A DNA stretch of 64,000 nucleotides, from the IMG/VR virus record IMGVR_UViG_3300045988_180190; one strand, given 5' to 3'. The position numbers and the translations under genes were made by a program. Source of the DNA: a virus. The notes under the pieces were generated by a model. The model was not told the DNA's origin, ran no database searches, and saw only the letters and a list, made by a program, of their open reading frames with translations. Of the stretch, positions 16,622 through 23,287 are shown piece by piece. Position 1 is the first letter of the stretch. Each line of letters starts with the position of its first letter.

Positions 16622-16696
16622 TCGAGTAGGAGGGATTTGAACCCCCAACCCCATGCTCCCAAAGCACGTGCGCTAGCCAGATTGCGCTACTACTCG
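16622..16696 (-). tRNA. tRNA-Pro (anticodon UGG)
   Basis: Acceptor CGAGTAG/CTACTCG. D-arm GCGC-AATCTGGCTA-GCGC. Anticodon stem CGTGC/GCATG with loop TTTGGGA. T-arm GGGGG-TTCAAAT-CCCTC. Confidence 0.85.
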
Positions 16697-16743
16697 TTAA
16701 AGAAACCCCGAACATTTGGGCATTACAAAGAGGCCTTCGGGGT
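16697..16743 (-). terminator. Possible terminator hairpin with a large loop
   Basis: On the minus strand, ACCCCGAA ... TTCGGGGT forms an 8-bp stem with a 23-nt loop, followed by TTCTTTAA. It lies downstream of the pentapeptide-repeat gene. Confidence 0.35.
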
Positions 16744-16772
16744 GTGTTATGAATCAATCAACACTATTGTAT

Positions 16773-17498
16773 TTATAATGTCAAAGCATTTTTATGCTTT
16801 TTATAGATTTTTTTCATATCTTTTAGAAAAGATACTGCTTTATCGTATTTACGTCGCACTATACTGCGTTTGTTAGGGTGCTTTATTTCAAGTTCAAACA
16901 TAAAGTCTTCTAAGGTTCCGGAGAAATTTTCATGCCAAATTATGTCCAAAGTAATATCGTACGTCAGCATTTCATTATCTTCCCCTAGACGATTTATACT
17001 TACAATGGTGTCGTCTATGTATGCACAACTTAGATTAGTATTCCTAAACTTTACGCTCTCCAAATTTACTCGTTGCAGTTTTGCATAACTTAAATCTGCA
17101 TAGGATAGTTCTGTATTTTCCATTACAGCTCCTTCCAGTGTTGCCCCATTTAATTGGGCTCCAAGTAAATCTGTTTGTTTTAGATTTGCACCTTTTAAGT
17201 TAACGTGACTTAAATTTGCGTAATTTAGATCTGCACCTCCTAAATCTGCCCCGCATAATATTGCATATTCTAAATTTGCATTGTAAAGATATGCTCCGCA
17301 CAGATTTGCATTTTCTAAGTTCGCATCACGTAAATCGGCATTATCCAGTTCAGCATAACTTAAATTAGCACCACGAAGATCAAGTCCCCTTAAGTCTGCA
17401 TAGCTTAAATTTGCGCATTGTCCCTTATTGGCATTTTCAACCCATTTTTCATGACGTTTGAGTATTTTACATAATTTCGTTCGAGTCATAACTCCCAT
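16773..17498 (-). CDS. Pentapeptide-repeat protein (canonical A[D/N]LxX type)
   Basis: 241 aa. About 130 central residues form an uninterrupted 5-residue periodicity (ANLSYADLRGLDLRGANLSYAELDNADLRDANLENANLCGAYLYNANLEYAILCGADLGGADLNYANLSHVNLKGANLKQTDL...). Confidence 0.85.
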   Translation of the reverse strand: MGVMTRTKLCKILKRHEKWVENANKGQCANLSYADLRGLDLRGANLSYAELDNADLRDANLENANLCGAYLYNANLEYAILCGADLGGADLNYANLSHVNLKGANLKQTDLLGAQLNGATLEGAVMENTELSYADLSYAKLQRVNLESVKFRNTNLSCAYIDDTIVSINRLGEDNEMLTYDITLDIIWHENFSGTLEDFMFELEIKHPNKRSIVRRKYDKAVSFLKDMKKIYKKHKNALTL

Positions 17499-18021
17499 AT
17501 ATTTTTTCCCAGGTATAAGTTACAACTGGACCAAATTCTTCTTTGATTGGTCCACGGCATGTCTTAACTGGAGAAACAACGCTCCAAGCTTTCAACATAG
17601 TAGGGTTTGATGAATCTTCATCAAAAGGCTTTGTAATATGATACCACCTATCGTTTAATCGCAGTTTCCCCAAGTATATTGCAAGCTCAAACTTACCTGT
17701 GGTAGTATTGTTATCTACCTTGCATGGTTTATTGAATTCAAGTTTTTCGTCTGCAACAAAAAGTTCATCTGTGATTGCGTTGACAACTTTGTCCAAATAA
17801 GCATCGCGCTCGGAGTTGTTGCTAAAATCTTTTGACACAATTTGATTATCAGCAGCCCAGTAATTGCCCCTTAGGTAAATCCCCCAATCTTCAAGATAAG
17901 GTGAAGCTTTAATTCTCACAAACCCTGTTTCTTTAAGATGGGGCAAACCGGTTTGTTCTACTATTTTCATGGCTAAGGTTTTATCTGTTAGCCAAAAAGC
18001 CAATTTTAATTTTTTGCTCAT
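17467..18021 (-). CDS. MSKKLK...TWEEK family paralog 1 (long form, stop lost; reads into the pentapeptide gene start)
   Basis: 184 aa. Contains MSKKLKLAFW..., SERDAYLDKVVNAITDELF and VTYTWEK, then a 13-aa extension that overlaps the next gene by 32 nt. Confidence 0.7.
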   Translation of the reverse strand: MSKKLKLAFWLTDKTLAMKIVEQTGLPHLKETGFVRIKASPYLEDWGIYLRGNYWAADNQIVSKDFSNNSERDAYLDKVVNAITDELFVADEKLEFNKPCKVDNNTTTGKFELAIYLGKLRLNDRWYHITKPFDEDSSNPTMLKAWSVVSPVKTCRGPIKEEFGPVVTYTWEKIYGSYDSNEIM

Positions 18022-18040
18022 GTTTATTTTCCTTTCTTAG

Positions 18041-18373
18041 TTAAGCCCTCCAAATGAGGGTCAACGTTTCCCCACTTCGTATTTCACGGGGTCTTTCCTT
18101 GTTAAATAGCTCCTCGGAAATGGCACGTGTATAATGAGTTAAAGCGCGATCGCGCTCTTCATTATCCTCATAAAAATAGGACGGGATTGCCCGAAATGTT
18201 CGGGTATCTTGCTCCCACCCCCAGAGACCAATTTTATACCTCTCTAAAAATTGTCCGTTTGTTATACGGACATTTCCAAAGTCCTTAAAATGAGGCAAGC
18301 CCCGTTGTTCAAGTACCTGGAATGCAAGTGCTTCATTTGCTATCCAGAATTTTACTTTTAATTTTTTACTCAT
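18041..18373 (-). CDS. MSKKLK family paralog 2 (short form)
   Basis: 110 aa. Contains MSKKLKVKFW..., EERDRALTHYTRAISEELF and ends LTLIWRA. Confidence 0.7.
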   Translation of the reverse strand: MSKKLKVKFWIANEALAFQVLEQRGLPHFKDFGNVRITNGQFLERYKIGLWGWEQDTRTFRAIPSYFYEDNEERDRALTHYTRAISEELFNKERPREIRSGETLTLIWRA

Positions 18374-18451
18374 GTTGCATTTCCTATCAATTGTTTATAA
18401 TCTTTGTGGTTATACATAGGAGTAACCTTACGGCACCCTCTATGAAGTTTC

Positions 18452-18787
18452 TTATTTCTCTTCCCAAGTATATATTGTTACGGGACCATCAACTTTTACT
18501 GTAGGTTGACTTGTGAATAATTCGCTAGAAATTTGTTCAACAATTTTCTTTAAGTCCCTATCTCTTGATTCTTTACTTGTATAAGTTATGGAGTCCACGT
18601 CGTGAGCTACCCATTTACTTTCTGGTAAAAGTAGGCGAAAGTCGTCATAGGTAAATACAGTTAGACAATCCCCACCTACACGAATATACCCATTTTCTTT
18701 GCTTTTACGGAATCCTACGCTTTCCACTAGTTTGATCACTAGTGTTATGTCATCAGCCTTCCAAAAGGCTAGTTTCAGCTTTTTCAT
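18452..18787 (-). CDS. MSKKLK family paralog 3 (short form)
   Basis: 111 aa. Contains MKKLKLAFW..., ESRDRDLKKIVEQISSELF and ends IYTWEEK. Confidence 0.7.
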   Translation of the reverse strand: MKKLKLAFWKADDITLVIKLVESVGFRKSKENGYIRVGGDCLTVFTYDDFRLLLPESKWVAHDVDSITYTSKESRDRDLKKIVEQISSELFTSQPTVKVDGPVTIYTWEEK

Positions 18788-18986
18788 ACTTCTTCCTTTC
18801 GGTTAAAAGCCATTTTTTAAATTCTTCATTATCGTCCGCTTCTGGAATGTCATATATTCCATTATCTTCCCACTCTCCGAAAAACTGCATCTTGCCTTGT
18901 GGCTTCTCCTTTATCCAAAGTTTAAAGGGCTGTTTGATTTTAGCGATTCGGTGGTAGTGCCATGCTTCGTAGCGATTCAGTTTCAC
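18753..18986 (-). CDS. Hypothetical small protein with a putative GTG start coupled to paralog 4's stop
   Basis: GGAGGAGAA-GTGA: a GTG overlaps the TGA of the upstream gene and is preceded by its WEEK-encoded SD. The product is 77 aa (VKLNRYEAWHYHRIAKIKQPFKLWIKEK...). Its 3' end overlaps the start of paralog 3. Confidence 0.35.
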   Translation of the reverse strand: MKLNRYEAWHYHRIAKIKQPFKLWIKEKPQGKMQFFGEWEDNGIYDIPEADDNEEFKKWLLTERKKYEKAETSLLEG

Positions 18987-19486
18987 TTCTCCTCCCAAGT
19001 GTAGGTGACTACGTTCTCCCACTCATCAATAAGAGGCTTTGTTTGTTTCGCTATCGGGCGGGCGTATGTACAAGTACACCAACTCAGTGTTCCATTCTCT
19101 ATAATGAATCTCATTTCATAACGGTCGGGCAATATAGCTAAGAGTCTATATTTGCGCCAAGATACACCATCATCACTAACCTCACACATCTCGCCGATGT
19201 TAAGCTCATCTTTGCCCGTGAACAGCTCGTCCGTGATTGAGTTGACTACTTTCTGCAAATACTCGTCTCGCTCGGCGTTAGTTTCAAAGTGTATTGGGGT
19301 TAATTTAAGATTTGCATAGTGAAGATAACCTCTAAGCCAGACGACATTGTCAGAAATCAATGCCGGCGAATCATTTATCCTAACATAACCGTCCCCTTTT
19401 TCTTTCGGCAACCCCTCTTGCTCCAATATTTGCATTGCCAGTGCTCGTTCTGCTTTCCAAAACTGAATTTTCAATTTTTTACTCAT
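18983..19486 (-). CDS. MSKKLK...TWEEK family paralog 4 (long form)
   Basis: 167 aa. Contains MSKKLKIQFWKAERALAMQILEQEGLPK, NAERDEYLQKVVNSITDELF and GEMCEV...ARPI, and ends VTYTWEEK. Confidence 0.75.
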   Translation of the reverse strand: MSKKLKIQFWKAERALAMQILEQEGLPKEKGDGYVRINDSPALISDNVVWLRGYLHYANLKLTPIHFETNAERDEYLQKVVNSITDELFTGKDELNIGEMCEVSDDGVSWRKYRLLAILPDRYEMRFIIENGTLSWCTCTYARPIAKQTKPLIDEWENVVTYTWEEK

Positions 19487-19488
19487 AA

Positions 19489-19653
19489 TTATTTCTCCTC
19501 CTTTTGTTTAAGTTCTTCGAGTTCCGTCTCCAAATCAGTAATCTTCTCTCTTTGACATTCGCAAGGAGATACATATATCGTATTGCCATGAACAGAAGCA
19601 TCTAATTTAGCTCCGCATTCATCGCATTGAACTTCGATTTCAATTTCAACCAT
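19489..19653 (-). CDS. Small zinc-ribbon-like protein inside the paralog array (not in the ORF track, 54 aa)
   Basis: My translation is MVEIEIEVQCDECGAKLDASVHGNTIYVSPCECQREKITDLETELEELKQKEEK. The ATG follows paralog 5's stop by 1 nt. Its own 3' end, AAGGAGGAGAAATAATTATG, supplies the SD for paralog 4. Confidence 0.5.
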   Translation of the reverse strand: MVEIEIEVQCDECGAKLDASVHGNTIYVSPCECQREKITDLETELEELKQKEEK

Positions 19654-19654
19654 A

Positions 19655-20164
19655 CTATTTCTCCTCCCAAGTACAGGTGACTATATTCCCAGATTCCTCG
19701 ATAGTAGGCTCTGTGTGCTTGACAATAGGGCGGGCGCAAGTCCAAGAAGAGTACTCAGCAGGGCAATCCGCCCATTCAACAATAAATCGGTTTTTATATT
19801 GCTCTGGAAGAATCTCCAGAAGTTTTCTTTTCCGCCACCGTTCGCACTCATCGTCTCTCACCTCGCACATCTCACCGATTTTAAGCTTCCCTTCGCCCGT
19901 GAAAAGCTCGTCCGTGATGGCGGAGACAACCTTCTGTAAATACTCGTCGCGCTCGGCGTTGCTATTAAAACATCTGCCTTGAGGATGATAATTATACTTA
20001 TCTGCTTCTCCGTGAAGAAATATAATGTCTCCTTCAAACGCTGGTTGTATTACAATTCTAACGCGTCCATCAATCTTTCGTTTCGGCAAACCCTCTTGCT
20101 CCAATATTTGCATGGCAAGAGCCTTTTCAGCCTTCCAAAACTGAATTTTCAATTTTTTACTCAT
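19655..20164 (-). CDS. MSKKLK...TWEEK family paralog 5 (long form)
   Basis: I use the MSKKLK start at 20164; the track ORF begins 18 nt upstream. The N-terminal 27 aa are near-identical to paralog 4. Contains NAERDEYLQKVVSAITDELF and ends VTCTWEEK. Confidence 0.75.
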   Translation of the reverse strand: MSKKLKIQFWKAEKALAMQILEQEGLPKRKIDGRVRIVIQPAFEGDIIFLHGEADKYNYHPQGRCFNSNAERDEYLQKVVSAITDELFTGEGKLKIGEMCEVRDDECERWRKRKLLEILPEQYKNRFIVEWADCPAEYSSWTCARPIVKHTEPTIEESGNIVTCTWEEK

Positions 20165-20166
20165 GT

Positions 20167-20658
20167 TTATTTCTCCTCCCAAGTGTATATATCTTCGTTG
20201 ATTTTCGGTTCTATCCGACGCTCAATCGGACGGGCATACATAAAACCCGTCCAATCATTGTCCTGACCGTTTTCCATGATATAACGGTTTGCAAATCTTT
20301 TAGGCAAAATTGTTATAATTTTTCTTTTTTCCCATTCATCATTCTTGTAATTTCGCACTTCACACAACTCCCCTGATTTCAGCATTCCTTCATTGTTTTT
20401 TCCAAACTGTTCTTCGCTTATCCAGTGGATAACGTTTTTAAGGTATTCGTCGCGCTCGGCGTTTGTATCAAAATGTTTTACAGGAATGCTCAAATTGCCG
20501 CGTAAATCTTCATCACAAAGATAAATACGGTCGCAACAAAGTTCGGGGAATCCCGTACCTACATGTTCAGAATCTCGAAAGCTCCCCTCTTGCCCCAATA
20601 TTTGCATTACGAGGGCTCTTTCAAATTTTACGAATCGGATTTTTAGTTTTTTAGTCAT
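20167..20658 (-). CDS. MSKKLK...TWEEK family paralog 6 (long form, most divergent)
   Basis: 163 aa. Contains MTKKLKIRFVKFERALVMQILGQEG, NAERDEYLKNVIHWISEEQF and GELCEV...ARPI, and ends IYTWEEK. Confidence 0.7.
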   Translation of the reverse strand: MTKKLKIRFVKFERALVMQILGQEGSFRDSEHVGTGFPELCCDRIYLCDEDLRGNLSIPVKHFDTNAERDEYLKNVIHWISEEQFGKNNEGMLKSGELCEVRNYKNDEWEKRKIITILPKRFANRYIMENGQDNDWTGFMYARPIERRIEPKINEDIYTWEEK

Positions 20659-20680
20659 AGTTATTTTTACCTTTTTCTTT

Positions 20681-20740
20681 TTATATTTATCTTCTTCTTT
20701 TTATATTTATCTTCTTCTTTTTATATTTATCTTCTTCTCT
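20681..20740. repeat. Tandem direct repeat, 3 x 20 bp
   Basis: TTATATTTATCTTCTTCTTT occurs three times, with the third copy ending ...CTCT. It spans the 3' end of ORF 20687..20884 and lies 22 nt upstream of the paralog 6 ATG on the gene strand. Confidence 0.9.
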
Positions 20741-20884
20741 TTGTTCTTTTATTTTTAAAGCAGCACGATAAATAGCATCGCACCTAGGATTATTTTCTCT
20801 TAGCGACTCGTATGTCTCAATAGTTGAGTCTAAGTGCTTATCGTTTAGCGACATTAAATCTCTTACGATTTCCCAAGCTTCCAT
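20687..20884 (-). CDS. Hypothetical small protein with a Lys/Arg tail encoded by the 20-bp repeats
   Basis: 65 aa. The C-terminus REEDKYKKKKINIKRRR comes from three 20-bp units read in three different frames. Confidence 0.45.
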   Translation of the reverse strand: MEAWEIVRDLMSLNDKHLDSTIETYESLRENNPRCDAIYRAALKIKEQREEDKYKKKKINIKRRR

Positions 20885-20899
20885 TTGTGATGCTCGTTA

Positions 20900-21079
20900 C
20901 TATACATCTTTGTTCTCGGATGCTTTTGGGTAATTTAATACCTCTATGTCTCTTTTGCTGAGTGAGCGTCTATAGTCTATTATTATTGGACGCACCGCAT
21001 ACAGAGTTAATGCCATCCCAAGAAAAGCTCCTGCTATGGCTATTAAAACAGCTATTACACAATAAATTGCGATATTCAT
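20900..21079 (-). CDS. Small single-pass membrane protein (59 aa, below the track threshold)
   Basis: My translation is MNIAIYCVIAVLIAIAGAFLGMALTLYAVRPIIIDYRRSLSKRDIEVLNYPKASENKDV. It fills an otherwise empty gap, and its ATG lies directly after the upstream stop. Confidence 0.45.
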   Translation of the reverse strand: MNIAIYCVIAVLIAIAGAFLGMALTLYAVRPIIIDYRRSLSKRDIEVLNYPKASENKDV

Positions 21080-21080
21080 C

Positions 21081-21314
21081 TTAGTTGACTTCCTTTCTTA
21101 TTTCTTTAGTAATTCTTCTTTTTAAAATTGCTCTACGGCGATGAGAGCCTCGCTTTTGAGCATTGCGACGAGACCTATTGCACCTACCGGTCTCGTCCCA
21201 ATATCCTAATGGCTTTCCATTATCACGCACGTCTGCACAAGAAAAGGCGCCGCCATCACTTTTTAATAATTTAGCATGTTTTGCCTTAGGCGTATCTTTG
21301 CTTGTTCTACTCAT
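21081..21314 (-). CDS. Hypothetical very basic small protein
   Basis: 77 aa, Arg/Lys-rich (RSRRNAQKRGSHRRRAILKRR). Confidence 0.45.
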   Translation of the reverse strand: MSRTSKDTPKAKHAKLLKSDGGAFSCADVRDNGKPLGYWDETGRCNRSRRNAQKRGSHRRRAILKRRITKEIRKEVN

Positions 21315-21642
21315 GACATAGATTTTTTGCAGCCTCTTCGGTTAGCTTGATTGACATAATCTGCAGAGATTTCGCCTCATTTTTCCAAATGTAAAGCTTT
21401 CGATTTATCTCTTTTAAGAAATCTCTCAGCTCTATATTCTTTTTCCTCAACCGAATGGCTTTACCTTTATACTTATCGTTTTCAGCTTGTAGCTCTTGAA
21501 TGCGACTTTTGAGTGATTCCTCAGTTGGAGTAAAATATTCACCAACTAAGCAATCTGTTTTGGTGCATTTTGCTTCGCAATATTTCGAGTTATAAAATGC
21601 ACAGTTCTCACAATTAATATCTATACCATACTCATCTTTCAT
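21307..21642 (-). CDS. Cys-rich N-terminal domain plus coiled-coil protein, paralog of 22168..22620
   Basis: 111 aa. MKDEYGIDINCENCAFYNSKYCEAKCTKTDC...FTPTEESLKSRIQELQAEN parallels MKDKNGINIECQNCEAFEYCKDSSAYEQC...FSPSKEAYEARIQELQELV. Confidence 0.6.
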   Translation of the reverse strand: MKDEYGIDINCENCAFYNSKYCEAKCTKTDCLVGEYFTPTEESLKSRIQELQAENDKYKGKAIRLRKKNIELRDFLKEINRKLYIWKNEAKSLQIMSIKLTEEAAKNLCHE

Positions 21643-21857
21643 TTTATAACGTCTCCAAGTTTTTCGATAATAATAAGATTAGGTGCAACAGACGCTTTGA
21701 TAAGGGCTGGAATTACAGACATAATTAAGTGTGCCAATGCAAATGCGAGTCCAAAAATGGCTCCCCCAAGCATTACAATAAACACTGCACGTTCGTCGTT
21801 TTTATCAAACCACCACATGCGTCCACCACAACAAACATCTAGTATGGGTTTTTGCAT
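21639..21857 (-). pseudogene. Remnant of a SAM-dependent methyltransferase N-terminus fused to a hydrophobic tail
   Basis: From the SD-preceded ATG (GAGGAGGATTAATG), MQKPILDVCCGGRMWWFDKNDERAVF matches a methyltransferase motif-I region. It then continues as IVMLGGAIFGLAFALAHLIMSVIPALI and stops after 72 aa. No catalytic motif is present. Confidence 0.4.
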
Positions 21858-22168
21858 TAATCCTCCTCTTCTTTTAAATCTTTTATAATATCCATGCATT
21901 TAATAGACAGCCTTAATAACGAGCATCTATATTCATCATCTCGTTTAACAGAGTTTAGCTTAGCTTCAACGATATCTCTTAGGAGTTCCATCTCGCTAAG
22001 ACTAAATTGCTCTTGCCTTTTGTTCCAAGCTTCTTCTGCGTCATCCTCGTTAAGGAAGGGTCCTGATAACGCACCGCAATTTACACAAGCTGTGTGATAT
22101 ATACCGATAGGCAATTGTTTAGTATATATGCGGTTACTTCCACAGAATGGGCAACGCTTTGTTTTCAT
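21857..22168 (-). CDS. lar: Lar-family restriction-alleviation-like protein
   Basis: 103 aa. CPFCGS...(19 aa)...CVNCGALSGP...AEEAWNKR is the pattern I associate with the Lar family: a zinc ribbon followed by A..aWN.R. Confidence 0.6.
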   Translation of the reverse strand: MKTKRCPFCGSNRIYTKQLPIGIYHTACVNCGALSGPFLNEDDAEEAWNKRQEQFSLSEMELLRDIVEAKLNSVKRDDEYRCSLLRLSIKCMDIIKDLKEEED

Positions 22169-22620
22169 TAGTTATTCTCCTCGCTTTCTGCCTGTTTAAG
22201 CCGTTCTAAAACGTCTTTATTATCGTGCATCGTGCGGTCGAGAAGCTCCATTGAAAACTCCTCCACTCTTCTTTGAAGCACCTCATTGTGTGCTTTCAGC
22301 TCTTTTACTTCTTCCCTCAGTCTGTCCGCCTCCTGCGCTTCCGCGCGTTCGGACTCTTGGACAACGTATAGCTCCTTTTGAAGCTCTGCAATTCGCTTGT
22401 GCAACAATGAGGTTTCATGCCTGCGCTCTTGTTCCTTCTTCGTTAGCTTTTGCTTTAAAGTTGATACAAGTTCTTGCAACTCTTGAATGCGGGCTTCATA
22501 TGCTTCCTTGCTCGGAGAAAATGCCCTATTTTGGCATTGTTCATATGCAGAACTATCTTTGCAATATTCAAATGCTTCACAATTTTGGCATTCAATATTG
22601 ATTCCGTTCTTGTCTTTCAT
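22168..22620 (-). CDS. Cys-rich N-terminal domain plus long coiled-coil protein, paralog of 21307..21642
   Basis: The start is moved to MKDKNG (22620) to match the paralog. The C-terminal ~100 aa are heptad-rich and charged. Confidence 0.6.
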   Translation of the reverse strand: MKDKNGINIECQNCEAFEYCKDSSAYEQCQNRAFSPSKEAYEARIQELQELVSTLKQKLTKKEQERRHETSLLHKRIAELQKELYVVQESERAEAQEADRLREEVKELKAHNEVLQRRVEEFSMELLDRTMHDNKDVLERLKQAESEENN

Positions 22621-22813
22621 CGTTATCCTTTTTCCTTTTTTTATTTTCTGCTTCACAAGGTGGTTCTAAAAACCAAGACACGGGTATTTCAAAACCCTCC
22701 TTTACGCAGGCTTCGTTGTACTCATTCTCGTCGAAAAATCGATCACATTGAATACATTTAGAATTGTTTTTATCTGCTTTTGGACAAAATGTTTTATCTT
22801 TATAGGTGTTCAT
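22592..22813 (-). CDS. Hypothetical small Cys-rich protein
   Basis: 73 aa (FCPKADKNNSKCIQCDRFFDENEYNEAC). Its basic C-terminal tail overlaps the next gene. Confidence 0.45.
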   Translation of the reverse strand: MNTYKDKTFCPKADKNNSKCIQCDRFFDENEYNEACVKEGFEIPVSWFLEPPCEAENKKRKKDNDERQERNQY

Positions 22814-22864
22814 TATGTTTAATCCAGAAAACTCACCAGTTTATCTGGTGAGATGAATGGCTTG

Positions 22865-23266
22865 TTATTTAGATTTTTGTTGTTCAATATAATTTTTAAT
22901 ATTTTCTTCCGAAGTGCTTCCGACCGTCCCGTAAAAAGTACCCTTACTCCACAATCCTGTACCCCAAAACTTTTTCTGTTTTAGGGAGGGGAAGGCAAAA
23001 AATAACCTCACGGCACTAATTGATTTTAAGGTTTGTGCTATGGTTACGGGAGCTACTGTATGAGGTGCCTCTATTAAAATATGTACATGATCGGGCATAA
23101 TTTCTAAAGCTCCTATTTTCCAACCATAAGCTATAGCTGTTTCATTTAAAATGAGCTTTAAAACTACAGATTCTTTTTCTTTTAAAACAGGGTGTCTAAA
23201 TTTTGTACACCACACAATATGATATGCCAGTTGACAAATAGAATTATTTTGTTGACTTTTTTCCAT
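22865..23266 (-). CDS. tnpA: IS200/IS605 Y1 (HUH) transposase TnpA
   Basis: 133 aa with the HUH motif PDHVHILIE and C-terminal catalytic Tyr context IKNYIEQQ. Confidence 0.85.
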   Translation of the reverse strand: MEKSQQNNSICQLAYHIVWCTKFRHPVLKEKESVVLKLILNETAIAYGWKIGALEIMPDHVHILIEAPHTVAPVTIAQTLKSISAVRLFFAFPSLKQKKFWGTGLWSKGTFYGTVGSTSEENIKNYIEQQKSK

Positions 23267-23287
23267 AATTAATAATCATATAAAATA

